From: Lingula anatina
Lineage: Eukaryota; Animalia; Brachiopoda
Direction of reading: 5' to 3'
NCBI GenBank assembly: GCA_051362555.1
Contig: CM120644.1
Coordinates: forward strand, 5,278,954 to 5,342,953
Length of the DNA stretch: 64,000 nucleotides
Position 1 is the first letter of the stretch. Every line of letters starts with the position of its first letter. A program made the translations under genes and the position numbers. Shown here in pieces: positions 27,431 through 41,268 of the stretch. Below the pieces are notes generated by a model. The model was given only the letters and a program-made list of their open reading frames with translations. It was not told the DNA's origin and ran no database searches.

Positions 27431-28920
27431 TGTTGGGGAAAGTGGATTACATGTAGAAGCTATAGCTTTAGGCAAATTCTGGGAAAGCTGAGGGAAACAC
27501 AACTAAAGATATTATTTAACCAAATAAGTAGAAATTTCGGTGTAACTAGCTGTTATCCTCTGTTGAGATATTGTCCATTTACTAAAGTAATAGGTTAATC
27601 GCCCATAAAATGTGCAACACCTACTTGAAAACTGATTTGTGAAAATACCTTGACATTTTCATATCCTTGGCATTTACATAATTGCTGCATGTGGTGTCAC
27701 AACTGGACCAAAAGGAGTCCTATTCCACTTTTTATGGTCATTTGGATCTTAATGTAACTAAAGGAGGGGTTTTTGATAATTCATCTAAACTGAGCTCTGT
27801 TTTCAAACGAAAAAAAGATTAAAGATTGATATAAGTCAGATTATGAAGTAGAATTTTTACTTTCAAAGGGTTTTAGTGGCCATATTAGAATTTTCAGACA
27901 TGTCCCTATATAAAAAAAAATTGCTTAGAGTCCTGTTCTCTACAATTGTGCCAATTTTCATGCTGGTAGTTTTAAATGCATGATGAATTCACCATACTGC
28001 TGCTGTGAGTGGTCTGTTTTCTAATTTTTGGAGGCCATTTTGGATTTCTATACACCTAAAGAAGCAAATATTGATACTTCATGCATGCCATAGTTTTGTT
28101 TAACCATAAAATGTTATCTTAAGCTATTATAGGATTATATACTTGAAGTTTTAATTTGAACGGGTATGTGTGGCGGCCATATTGGATTTGGGGGCCATAT
28201 ATTGGAATTTTTAGACATGCCCATATATCCAAAAGTGCCTGGAATCCATTTTTACAACTGTGCCAAATGCCATGCTTGTAGTTTTTGATGAATTCACCAC
28301 TATGCTGGATATCTTGGATTAGTAGAGTGCTTTTTATTATTGGCGGCCATTTTGGATTTAATGCACCTAAAGAAGCAGATATGGATGCTGAATTCATACT
28401 GTGGTGTTTTTCAACCTTTATATGATATTTGAGCCCTATATACTTGAAGATTTAATTAGAAGCTGTATTTTTTGAGGCCATCTTGGATTTGGTGGCCATT
28501 TTTAAATTTTTGGACAGGCCCATACATCCAAACTTGCTCAGAATTTCATTTTCCACAAATGTGCCAAACTTTTTGCTTGTAGTTTTAAGTGCATGATTAA
28601 TTCACCATTCTAATGGATATCTTGAATAAATGGTCTACTTTTTTACTTTTGGTGGCCATTTTGGATTTTATACACCTGAAGGATTTATACCATGGTGTTT
28701 TCTAACCTTTATATGATATTTTAAGTTATTAGAAGACTATGTACTGGAAGTTTTAATTTGAAAAGGCATTTTGGCGGCCATCTTGGATTTGACGGCCATT
28801 TTGGAATTTTCAGACATGCCCATATATCCAAATTTGCTTAGAATTTTATTGTCCATAAGTGTGCCAAATTTCATGCTTGTAGGTAAAAAATGCACAATTT
28901 TTCACCAAATTCCTGGACTA
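27430..28920. mobile_element. One arm of an Academ-like non-autonomous element built of ~300-bp tandem units
   Basis: Unit GGCCATwTTGGAATTTTyAGACATGCCCATATATCC recurs at ~27878, 28194, 28494 and 28794. It ends ...AAATGCACAATTTTTCACCAAATTCCTGGACTA, a CTA terminus like the element at 31085-37356. The superfamily call is inference. Confidence 0.6.
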
Positions 28921-29715
28921 TATCATCGACACCACACTGCTGCTAGCAGCATGCAGATACTAGCTCAATCCCGCGTGAGCTTTCCTAAGGGACGACGCTG
29001 CCCTACACCTTTAAATACTAGTCCAGATAATAATAGTACACTGGTCTGCTGGGGACACTATCTAGTACCTTGTATTAATACCACCACGTAGTTTCATACA
29101 CACCTACAATGGATTATGTGCAGTAATCATATTTGTTATTTCATAGCACTAAGGGGTAAATTAATCCAAATCTTACTTAAGAGTGAATGGTTGTACATCG
29201 TTCTGCTCCACTATATAACTGAAACTGTTGGTAATTTTACATATAAGCACGTTCAAGTTCCCATTTATTGCTAAAAAATAATAATAACTAAAATACCATT
29301 AAAATACGCTTGCCACGATATATCTAAAACCTGCACTACAGACGATATGCATCAAAGCTGTTTCTCTGAAGTGTAATAGAGGCAATTCAGCTTGACAAGT
29401 ATACCATGTGCTGCTTCTCTGCAGTTCAGAGGTAGCAAAGCACTGTAAAACGTTCATCTCCAGTGCTTCACTGAAGAAGATTCGAAATTATTTAGCATAC
29501 TTTAAATGTGATTCAACCAAGAAGATGCATCTGTGACGCCTTGCTGCAGTCATGGTAAAACCTGCTTCATTGTATTTACGTTTCGCACAACCTAACGCAT
29601 TATACTTCATCTATACTATAAATACACTTCACACCACGATGCTATGAGCACGATGCTATGAACGCCTTGGCATCAAAATCAAAATCTTGAAGATTATTAA
29701 TATTTTAAAGCTACA

Positions 29716-30991
29716 TGGTTACCACTTAATATGGAATATTATTTTTTGGCGAGTAAATTTTCTACAAAATATTTAATTTCTCTCTAACTACTTCAAATCC
29801 AAAGCTGAGGTGTCACTCTATGTGTAGCCAGGTGTGTTACCTTATTACCACACAACTATCGAAACAATTGATGCATGCAGTTGCATGTTCTGTGGTCAGA
29901 AATGTGAGGGTGGTCATTTCGGCAATTTCTGCCCTTGTATAAAAACGCATGGGTTTAGTCAATCTTAGGAGTGTACTTAGAGAAGCAACAAAGGGATCGC
30001 TCTGAAACTTGCCAGGTACCTTAGAGAAGATATGGTTCGACAGCTAAGCAACACAGCGTACTATGGGATTCTTGCTGTCAGAGAAAATGGCCAGAAACGG
30101 ACAGCCATTGCCAGACAATTCAACATTTTTCAGGAACCGTTAGTAAAGTCCTCCAAAGAAATGCTACAATAGGGTCACCTACCCCAATACCTCGACCAGG
30201 GTGTCCGCGTATCACACCAAGAAGACAGGATCGCCTTCTCCTTAGAGTGCGCCGTGCTGGTCGTACAAAGACAACCAGTGTCCTCAGAAAAGAGTGACAG
30301 AATGTCATTCAAACGCCCGTTTCAAGGTCCCTCGTGAACAAGAGATTACTGCAAACCGGTTATTTTGCAAGAAAACCAGTACGGAAATCACTGTTAACAG
30401 CAGGTCATGTACAGCGACGTCTGCAATGGGCTGGGGACCACGTGCGTTTGCAGCCAAAACGCTGGAATCACGTTGGTTTTTCTAAGAAGCAACTTCAGCC
30501 AGGATTCCTACTGAGAAATTCTACGGCAAATGATGCTTCGATTGGTAAGAGCCATCTTCAGGAACAACTTTGTGTACCAAGACGACTACGCAATCCACAT
30601 CGAGGCCGCAGAATCACTGTTTTTCTTCGAAACCAATGGGTTCAGCAACTGCCCTGGCCTGCAAACTCTCCAGATATGAACCCAATTGAAAATCGTTGGG
30701 CAAAAGTAACTCACAGAATTAATAGCTATGGTCATCGGCCCATAAATAGTGATGAACTGCGACAGGCAAATATCACTGCGTGGAATGATATTCCCATCCA
30801 AACTCCAAAAAACGTGTTACAGGGTATGCCATGTAGGACGAGGTCGCTGCAAGCGGCTGCTGGAGGTCATACCCGCAATTACTGACTTTTCATGATTTAC
30901 TGTATGGAGTTCTTTGACTGTGTAACATATCACTGTCGGGAGGCTATCATTTACTTTAATATCTTAGCTTAAAGTTAAGTGCAAGTTTTTA
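29716..30991 (+). mobile_element. Degenerate Tc1/mariner element (family 2)
   Basis: Frameshifted transposase with 'PRPGCPRITPRRQDR', 'ARKPVRKSLLT', 'LPWPANSPDMNPIENRW' and C-terminal 'GGHTRNY*'. Confidence 0.88.
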
Positions 30992-33189
30992 TAACCACCA
31001 GGCAAATCAGCCAAAAAGAGGCAAGGTTGAGTTCTCACAGAATACACTCATTTTGCTCACATTTAAACACCTTTGTGACCTTAATAGTAGGGGAGCCAAA
31101 CTCCAAAAGCCTTCAAAAAAGGGTAGTAAAAAAAATTTAATGATATAAAATTTTCGAACATATCGTTGGAGAGCCTGATACCTGGGGTTTATGAATCTGC
31201 TTATTGGACAAATGGGCTCAATTGCGAAAGTGCCCAAAAATCCAAGATGGCCGCCAGCAATAGTGAATACAGAGAACAAGCATCAATTATGAAAAATGGT
31301 TGATATTTTCAGTTTCTTTAGGTTTAGATGTTTGTGTTGTCCATATATTGTGAAAATATGTACTCTCTGGTGATTAATAGCTAGATTTAGTCAATTGGAT
31401 TCAAAATGGCCGCTTTATCCAAGATGGCGGCCAATTTTTCACCTTTTTTTGCAATTAAATAATGTTTGCTTTCATTTTGTATTATATTCGATCATTATTA
31501 AAGCAAACTGTTATCAAATATAGGTTGTCTACAATATTTCTTGCATTTCAAGTATCTGTTTACAGAATGATGGCTTGATGGATAAGAGAAAATCCAAGAT
31601 GGCCGCCAGCCATGGTGAATACACAGAATAAGCATCAATTATGAAAAGTGATTAATATTTTTTTTTTGCTGAAGTGTACATTACTTTTATTGTGTATATA
31701 TTGTGGAAATATGCACTTCCTGGTGATCTGTAGCAATAATTTGACAACTGGATTCAAAATGGCCGCATCATCCAAGATGGCGGACAATATTTCACTATTT
31801 TTTGCAATTAAGTCATGTTTTCTTCAATCTAGAATTTCTTTTAAACGTGATAAAAGAAAAAAACTGTCATCACATATAGCTTTTTTATAATATTTCACAC
31901 ATTTCTGTTGTCTGCATGCACTATGTAGGCTTTTTGATTAAGAGAAAAATCCAATATGGCCGCCACACACCCCTCACCATAATGAGTCAGAAGCACAATG
32001 TATATCTTTTTGAAAGTTGAAATACCTTGTTAAATGAAGTATATTTTATTTTTATTTTACAATACGCAGGTATAACAATTGCTTTAAATATTAAAGGTAA
32101 GTTTGAGATGGTGTCTTGACCTAAGATGGCTGCTTTATTCAAGATGGCGGCCAATAATTTGCCAAATTTTGCAGTTAGGTCATGTTTTATTTAATCTAGA
32201 ATTACTTTCAATCTTGATAGAACCAACACACCATCAAATATAAGTTATGTACAGTATGACCTGTATTTCCTCTCTCTGTACAGTATGAAACTTTATGGTT
32301 AGAAAAAAATCCAACATGGCCACCATGCATGCCAACCGTTTTGGCCCAAAGGTGCGCACAGCATGCACCTTATTTGCAAGATCAAATATCTTCTTTAATG
32401 AAGTAAATTCCATGTTTCCTTTGCAATTTATTGGTAAAGGACAATTGCTTATTTTTGAATGTAAATCTGAGACCATATCTTTTTTCAAAATGGCTTCTTT
32501 ATCCAAGATGGCTGCCTTTATTTTACCATTTTCGCAACTGAGGCACATGTTCTATAATCAAGAAATTATTTCAACCATGGTAAAAGCAATATTTCAAGAA
32601 ATATAAATTCTCTTAAATATCTCCTACATTTTAATATTTGTAAAGAATATGAATCAGCCTTTTTCATTAGAGGAAAATCCAATTAGGCTGCCATATACTG
32701 CCTTACCATTACAAATCAATGGTACCATGTGTACTTTACTGATGGTTGAAATCTGTTATTTAAAGAAGTATATTTTTCAGGTGGCAGTGATAAAGGTTTT
32801 ATAGATGACATTCAACACTTGTCATTTCTAGATGGCATATAATGAACTTTTCTTTATATATGGAGTGAATGTCGTAAACTTTAAAAATTTAGGATGCTTA
32901 ATTCAAGTGTGGGCTTGAAATAGGACATTACGATTTTGACTAACTTAGTGGATAATGCAATCTAAAACTTCCCTGCTTCATGTCAGATTTACATAAGGTC
33001 GCACAAAGAAAACCCATGTCCACATAGTGACCAGTTAAATGATTTATTTGTTGACGTTTCTAAGGGTGCATTCCCAGAGATTTAGATAGATCCAGAGATT
33101 TAGATATAGATCGACCTAACTCCCTGGGGTTCACGCTAAATTGCAGTCAGCCGAGCGCGTACCATAGTTTATTACCCCCTTACAGCTTT

Positions 33190-33720
33190 TATTATGAGGG
33201 ACAGACGTTTAAGCCGGCAAAGCTGACAGAAATCTAGTGAGACTCCCCACAGGGATAGATGTACTTGCCCCCCCCCCCCCCCCCCCCCCCCCCCATTGTC
33301 GTAGGAAAGGGAGGTAGAGGTCAGGGAGGATGGCACCATCATTTTTGTTGAGACTGGCCCCTGTCTTTTTGATGTGGATGGCTTCTAGGATTTTTCTGTA
33401 ATTTTCCCTTGGCTCACAGTCAATCACCTTGATTTTGTCGATTATAGGACCATATGCTACTTTATGTCCAGATTGTTCCTCATGCTGGCTTAATGCTGAC
33501 TTGCTGTCTCTATTATTAATCGATTTTTGGTGTTCGGCCATTCTATCTGAAACTGATCTTCCCGTTTCGCCTATATATTTCTCACTTCACCCCTCACATT
33601 CCATTTCATAGACAACTCCACACTTTTCATTGTTGTCTAATGGGTCTTTGGGACTTAATACTGCATTCTGGTTGGTGAACCCTGCTTTATTGTACAAGTT
33701 AATGTTGTATTTTTTAAATT
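33190..33720 (-). mobile_element. Penelope-like retroelement 3' fragment (GIY-YIG endonuclease)
   Basis: The minus strand reads CGVVYEMECEG*SEKYIGETGRSVSDRMAEHQKSI...SALSQH...GH...RKILEAIHIK...LNKNDG, matching the PLE GIY-YIG C-terminus. Confidence 0.88.
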
Positions 33721-33795
33721 TTTTAATTTTGGGGGGGGGGGGGGGGGGGGACAAGTACACGTCCTGAGTAGAGGCTATTCACCTGGATAGCCTCA

Positions 33796-33837
33796 TTCCC
33801 TGAAGAAGATGTCCTGATAAACATCGAAATATTGGAG
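33796..33837 (+). ncRNA. Minimal type I hammerhead ribozyme in a Penelope pseudo-LTR-like segment
   Basis: UUCC-CUGAAGA-A-GAUGU-(CCUGAUAA)-ACAUC-GAAA-UAUU^GGAG. Core boxes are intact, with a 5-bp stem II, a 4-bp stem I and a palindromic AUAU stem III. Confidence 0.72.
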
Positions 33838-35284
33838 GTAAAACCAATCTCAATATTAGCTGTTGGCTGAAGAAAAATTCATATCATTCTTATAACTTAA
33901 CACAGCTGATGAAATTCTTGTATGAATTTTTTTGGATCACAAATTTAAAAAAAAGGCCTATGTTAACTTTTCATTACATCTCCTGTGTTTGACATTTTTG
34001 CTGTGGAATGTACCATCATTCCTGACAAGCTCTGTCCAACTATAACATGTTTCTACACCTCTGGATGCTGTCCTGACAGTCATATCTTTTGGAATATGGT
34101 TTGGAAAAGCTGCTGGCCATACCAAAGTAACCATGAAATTGTTAGCAGTTTTGTAGTTCTCTGTGGGGTCATGCCTTTTTTGTCCATAAAAATGAGTTGC
34201 TATTAGATGTGCACCTGAATACGTAGGGACACTAAATTGAACAATACTTCTTCCCTGTATCTAACACCATTAAAGGGTCATGGAATAACAACCAAGGACA
34301 ATCTGTGGTCATGTGTGTATCCATCTCTTAACATTATGAATCCTCCACCATCCTGCTGCCTTGGAAGGATACAATATGTTCCACAGGTTTCACCAGCTCA
34401 AATCAGCATAGTAGATACAGGGACAAGATCCACGTGTCCAAATAATACATCTTGAGTACCTTATGTTATGGTTCCTTCAGTGCATAGCCCATGGGTGAAA
34501 AATCTTTTTGTGCTTGGTGATCAGATTTTCTTTGCCCAAAGGAGAGTGGAAACTAAAGGATCCGACGCATCTCAGATTCCTCCTGAGGAAACATGGTGTT
34601 ACAGTGGATTGGAGACTTAGAGCATTTAGTATTAGGGTATTTCATTAAGAATATTACTCATGGGTACATTCCTTAGAAACTAGCTATACAAAAATGTCAC
34701 TGGCGGTTGCAGAAATTGGAAGGTTTCTTCCAATTCACACATTGATCTTTGTCTTACATGAAGCCCTTATGGTCCACATGGATGTGATTTGAGTACAGTT
34801 TATGAGCTTACTGGGCGTAGTTTCATCAACCCTCTTTATAAGCATGGGAAGTGCAAATGCTTGGCATTTTGTAATCTTTTCCAGCATGGAGGGGAATGTC
34901 ACCACCTTACAGTTACATGGTATTATGGAAGAGGTGCGCATGATTTGTGTACAGCTATATGGATTTTTGGGTCTTTACATATGACAAAAGGCCCTGCATA
35001 TTTGCTTCTTGCAAAGCAGATGTTTCTCCTCCCAACTGATGATGGGAGCTTGTCAGGAATGATGGTACATTCCACAGCAAAATGCTCATTATTTCTGTAC
35101 TTCATGAGCCAAAATATCAGGCCTTGCCAAAAAATCAGGCCAGTTGCAAATTTGCTGCAATATTCTGCAAATTAGCAGCAATAAAATTTTGCATACTAGA
35201 CTTAATGATGTAGGACATAATAAACTGCTTAACAGCAAAATGCATAGTTGTGGTCACCATCTGTATTTCCAAAAATAAATTGAA

Positions 35285-35671
35285 ACTAGAAAAGCACTTC
35301 AAGAGCGCAGACCTCCACCCAATGCCGTTTCACCCCTAAATTTTCATTCTATAATGATTTAGATTTTTTGATTATTGATTGATTATTGATCTGGATCACC
35401 ATCAAAAACTAATCAACTGTTCCTTGGCCCACTTCTGACTATCCAGAAAATTTCATCAAAATCGGTCCTAATCTTAATTTTTCAATTCGATTATTGATTG
35501 ATTATTGATCCAGATCACCACCAAAAACTAAACACTTCTAAGTTAACCCATTTCTGACCTACCCTGAAAATTCCATCGAAATTCATCCATAACTTTTTGA
35601 GTCATGTTGATGACAAACAAACAAAAAACAAACAGGCAGGGGTAAAAACATAACCTCCTTGGTGGAGGTAA
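35285..35671. mobile_element. Helentron-associated (HINE-like) non-autonomous element nested in the Academ-like element
   Basis: ACTAGAAAAGCACTTCAAGAGCGCAGACCTCCACC ... AAAAACATAACCTCCTTGGTGGAGGTAA. It has subterminal inverted ACCTCCACC/GGTGGAGGT, a terminal hairpin, an internal ~125-bp tandem duplication and (CAAA)n. Confidence 0.65.
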
Positions 35672-38600
35672 CTAAAACACCAATGTAATAAATGAAAATA
35701 GTATCTGTTACATTAATGTTGTTTGAAGTTTCAAAAAAATATGAGTTTACCTTTGATTTCATGAAGTGAAATTTGCATGGAATCGGAATTATTATTGTAC
35801 AAAACCTTTGAGCTTCTTTTGATAAACAAATAAATAGATAATGATGTTATTATAGACATGTACCTTGACAACATAGTTGTTATGCTATAAAATACAATGG
35901 TCCAAGAACATACATATGAATGTGAAGAAACTTGTAAATAATTGATTGTGAATAAACATGCCATCTTAAATTTATCTGCATAAAGTGATAAAATTCGCAT
36001 ATACCCATATATTGTAAAATAACAATGAAATGTACTTCATCAAAGGAGATATTTCAACTTTTGATGAGATACGTGACTTTGTTTCATATGAGGGTAATGA
36101 TAAGGGATTTATGGTGGCCATTTTGGGTATTTATATAAATAAAAGCCTTCTTTCTGTATATAGATATTAAAAAATGCAGGAAGTTAGGGTAGAGCATCTA
36201 TGTTTGAGGAAATTTTGCTTCTAGAAGATTGAAAAAATTCTGACGAAAAGAAAAGGGATAAAATTGCAAAATTGGTCAAATTTTGGCTGCCATCTTGGAT
36301 AGAGTAGCCATATTGGATTAATAGGCAGTCTATAATTAAACTTCATTAAATTAAAACAAGTGTACTTTACCCATATGTTTTAAAATGAATGTATAATAAA
36401 CTTCATTAAATGAGATCTACCAACTTTTAATATGATATATGTTTCGCCTTTGACTCATATTGGTAAGGGGTGTATGGCAGCCATTTTGGATTTTTCTCTA
36501 ATCATCCAACTTTAATTATGCATTCAGATAGCAAAAATGCACACAGTTTTGGTGAGATTCTATATTTGATAAAATTTAGCCTTTTCCATGATTGAAAGTA
36601 GTTCTAGATTACAGAAACCATGACTTCATTGCAAAAACTTGTGAAAATTTAGCCGCCATCTTGGATAAAGTAGCCATCTTGGTTTGAGATAGCTCTTTGA
36701 ATTTAGCTTTCAAATATTGAAGCAATTCCCCTTTACCCAAAAATTGTAAAATAGAAATAGCATTTGCTTCATTAAAGTAGATATTTGAACTTTTCTATAA
36801 AAGACAGATGGTACCCTTGACTCATAATGGCAAGGGGTATGTGGCGGCCATATTGGATTTTTTATGTATTCACAAAGCCTCTATATTAAACATAGATGGT
36901 ACAAATGCAGGAAATAGCATAGGCAATCTTTATTTGATAAATTTTTGCTCATATCATGATTATAGGAAATTCTAGATCAATGAAAAGAGGATTTAATTGA
37001 AAAAAAAGTTGAAATATTGGCCGCCATCTTGGATAGAGCGGCCATTTTGAATCCAATTGACCAATTTCTGCTACAGATCACCAGATATGACATATGTCCA
37101 CAATATATGGACAATAAAAATGTCTACACTGAAACAAACTGAAAATATCAACCATTTTTCATAATTTATCCATTTATTGCATATTCCTTAGGGGTGGCGG
37201 CCATCTTGGATTTTTGGGCACTTTCGCAATTGAGCCCATTTGTCCAATAAGCAGATTCATAAACCCCAGATATCAGGCTCTCCGACCATATATTCGAAAA
37301 TTTTATATCATAAAAATTTTTTTTCACCCTAATTTTTTGCCTTGGCTCCCCTACTATAATTAAACTGTAAAATATTAAAGCTTTCCGTTGCGTTATTGTC
37401 GAGATACAGCCACATTCACATTTCACTGCCTCGCGTGGCTCCCGTCTCACTTTTCAACTGTGTAAATGGTGTATTTTTCACCGAAGTTTGCTTCACAAAT
37501 GTGCATGAAGTGATCAGTACATTACTTCGACCAATACCACAATGGAAAGACGAATATATAATCTTTATAACGACAGAGATTTATGTCAAAATTCCGTTGC
37601 TATGGTTACAAACTACCGAGGTTATTTGAGGTCACTTGATGACTGCCGCAGATACCCACCCTATCAATAGCCTTATATCTCCACTAGTAGAGCACCTTAG
37701 ATATTTTCACTGATATTTACTGAAAATATGGACAAGGGTCCTAACATAAATTAAAACACTGGCGTGGCCTTTTCCCTAAATTTTTTGCAACAGCGACGCA
37801 AATTCTTCTATTTCCTGGCTACATAATCGTAAAACAATTTTGCTTCCCACAGTTTCGATTTGCATTCAAGACTTTTTAAGTTAATTTCAACGTTGGTTAG
37901 GGACTAAGTAACTGAAATAGTGTTCTGTAGTTTTCATTCATTGATTCCTGAATATTAAGTATATGCTAAGTTCCAATACGGGGGTAAACATGCATTCAAA
38001 ACTAAATTCGAGTAGGCGGCCATGACAGTTTCAAGTAGCAGAGGTGGAAAACGCGCGATGGATGCACTGCAGATTTTCAGAATTTCAAGCAGCAAAGCAC
38101 ATACTTTGTTGTTCTGTAGACCGTTACAAAGACGAAAAGGCTGTGCAATACTCAGGAGATATGACAAAGATGATTGGGGTCACCTCCCCATGCTAAAACT
38201 TGCATGCAGAATCAGCTGAGAATGAGAGGCCAATGATATGTAGAACAGCATCGGCAATATCATCATCAGAGGAAATGGAGAGTGAGCTCGTGTGTCCAGC
38301 GCATCGTCAGACTCACATGCTATGGATCCTTTGGGGAGCCGCAAGAACACGCCAACTACTTCTTCTTGTAGGACTTTCCTTGCTCGGACCTAGCGGGAGC
38401 TTTCACGCACAGTGTATCCAAATTTTTATCAAGACGAAGCAAAAATATTCTGTTCATTGGGCTCAGGTAATTAAGAAGTTGACATTCGTCACATCTTTAT
38501 TATTAATTTACACACCAAATTCATATCAGACAGGAGGTTGATAATGATATGATATCCGTGTTGTTTGAATTAAATTTGCAAAGTAATTAGACAGGTAAGC

Positions 38601-41268
38601 TAAGTTATCATCTAAATACTGCTATCTCTGACCCTCAGAACCACAGCAAATTTATTATTACGTATAGTGAAAAGAGCTTATGTTTTGTACTGTACATGTT
38701 AGCAGTGTAAACTTTTTTGTTTGTGTGAGCAACAAGTTACAGAACCCTCACAACTGAATAATACTGCTTTTGGAGATCATTGCTGATGATTAAAAGAGTA
38801 ACAATCATATCACAATTACATGAATAATATTTTATATATATATTTAGAATAAAGCTTAGCTGTAGTCTAAAATGGGGTTTCATGGTAAATTTCGTTGGTT
38901 GAAAATTAAAACCATTTAATAGATTGGAGAATAAATTTTTGTTTTTATTTCAGCTAGAAGATGCTTGGAGACTGGCCAGAAAGAGCAGCCAGGAGTCAGA
39001 TATATGACAAAGAAAAAAAAAGTGATTAATCCAAGCAACGGAAAAAGAAGTTTTATAAAGAGGATTGACTTACTGCCCAATAGACTGAAATGTATTTTTG
39101 ATGTTTATCTACCTTGAACAAGTATTTGTATCTACAGTTGGAGGACACCAATGACCTAACTGATAGCTTATGTCAGCTATTAAGATCCAAGCAAGTAGCA
39201 AGAAGATCCCCCACAAGAAAGTACAGTTATTTATGGGAGCTTCATTAAATGATGAAAACTGACACTTATCGATGAACGTTTTATTACAAGGAGCTTTTCA
39301 GACATGAATTTTTGCCCCAGAAACCTGGAATTCCACATTTTTAAATTCAATTCAAATGTGTCCCTGGACCTCTGGCCGCTTAGGTGCTGGGTTCCATGAT
39401 AAATGTTCGGAGTTCTCTCTCTTTTTTTAAGTCCTAGGATCATGTCTGCTTTTTTCTGTTTCATTTTACTGAAGATATCCGTAAATGCCACCTTTAAATG
39501 GGATAAGATCTTACTGAGATATTGAATATTGAATATCATATTTTTATTCCTTGGAGCAAAAGATCAGTTTGACTTAAATATTTGAAATCAGCAATATATG
39601 TTCCTGGTCCTGAAAAGTGCAAAATAATCCATGAATTACACCATTACATAAGTTCTTTGCAACGTATTTCTTCATTCTTCTCATGAAGGGAAATCAGTTG
39701 GATAATATAGATATGCATTGCCTTGATGTTTTTGTGGAATGAAAATCAAGTGTACTTTTTTTTTTTGAAACATTCACTTTCCATAATCTTGAGTCAGAAC
39801 CCAGTGTCTTATTCAGTTAAAGGCGACAGGAGTAGTCTTGAATGGCAGTTACAATGCCTTCCACCCATTTATAAGTTATTGGTTATAAGTATTTTCCAGT
39901 ATGAAGATTTGTATTGATTGCTATACTTCCAAATAATTTGATCCAATAAAAAGATGATTATGCATTATAAAACATCGTTGATTGATTAAAAGTTGTGTGT
40001 GTGATTGGTGCCCATTTGTGTCCAATAATTGTTATGGTAGATCTGAAGAAATACACTTTTCTTTATATGATTAAATATATGAAAAATATGGGTTGTTTGA
40101 TTTTTTATTTTCTGGATAATTAAATTTATTAGACTAAAATAATTTTAATTAATTTTGTAAGCTATAGTATTACAGGGAATACCATTCCCAGTTGCACAAT
40201 CGAGATGGCATCTATTGAGCAAAGGGTAGAAATTCGAGGCCAAGTAGCAGGTTGAAAAGGTACCAAAGCTACATAAATTTCAATCACAAGTCATCAAAAC
40301 ATGAATAAGAAGGTTTAAATCCCAAAGGTAGGCTCTGTTAGAGGTCAATTACCTACTCTTGTAAAGCCTATTGTTCAATTCTGCCGTGTTTAGAGTAAAT
40401 GAGCAGGTATTACTGGCCAAGACAAGAGCAACACCCATCCAAATTTTACAATTTTCAGATATCAATATATCGTCAACAAAAGAAAAGGCCACGAGGATCT
40501 CTTTTGTACTTTATATTTTTAATGTTCCTTTACAAACCCATACAGGTTTGACAGCCATAGGACCTCTACTAGTGGGTATATGACTCTCTGAAAATCGCCA
40601 TGCTCAAACTTAGTTTTTTGGGGGTGGGGTAAAAAAAGTGGGCACAGTGTGTACAACGTGGGTTATATTTTTTGTTTGAATGTCTTGGGGGGAAGAATAT
40701 TGATCAACAAAATACATCATATATGTATATAGTAAATATACAACTGGATAAGAGTATAATAAGCATATATATTAAGGACGTGTATGATGACTGAAAATCT
40801 GCTTCGAAAGGTGGAAAAACAGAAAATTGGGCATAAATCCCCTGAAATACAGTTTTGGGGCATAACATTTGGCAGAAGTTAAAAGGGTCCTAAGGCAAGT
40901 ATTTCAGCCCAATAAGGTCAAATTCTGTGAACCCCCACCTTGCCGCACTTATCTGGTGCTTTAAAAAATTGGCACTTAATACTGACATCAAACTGTTGAT
41001 AAGGTTTTCTAGGGGTGTTCCTTACTTTTGAATGGCATCTTATGTCAGATTTGATATCATTGACCAAATTATCTCACAACAGAAGACTGGATGTTATTAT
41101 TACTCAGTGACATACTTTTTTAATGACACAAGCCCACCAAAAAAATTAATCAGCATCAAAAATAACAATGAAAAAAAATATTCCATATTAAGTAGCAACC
41201 CTGTATATTGTCGACACCACAATGCTGCTGGTAAAAGAGACTGACTCGATCCTACGTGTGCTTGCCTT

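Larger units (their letters stand above)
31085..37356. mobile_element. Academ-like DNA transposon (non-autonomous, 6.3 kb) with long inverted arms and nested insertions
   Basis: Termini TAGTAGGGGAGCCAA ... TTGGCTCCCCTACTA with 3-bp TSD TAA (31082-84 / 37357-59). A near-identical inverted block (31130-31258 vs 37195-37322) and degenerate inverted arms extend >1 kb. TAG termini with 3-4 bp TSD fit Academ. Confidence 0.82.

Noticed and set aside
29470-29495. Second hammerhead candidate CTGAAGA-AGATTC-GAAA
   Set aside because: No room for stem II and no convincing stem I pairing.
33195-33250. Hammerhead at the minus-strand Penelope end (AAACGTC)
   Set aside because: CUGANGA and GAAA boxes are not intact; at best a decayed relic.
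33980-35180. Intact transposase gene within the Academ-like element
   Set aside because: Only short broken ORFs; the resemblance to a transposase is too weak to assert.
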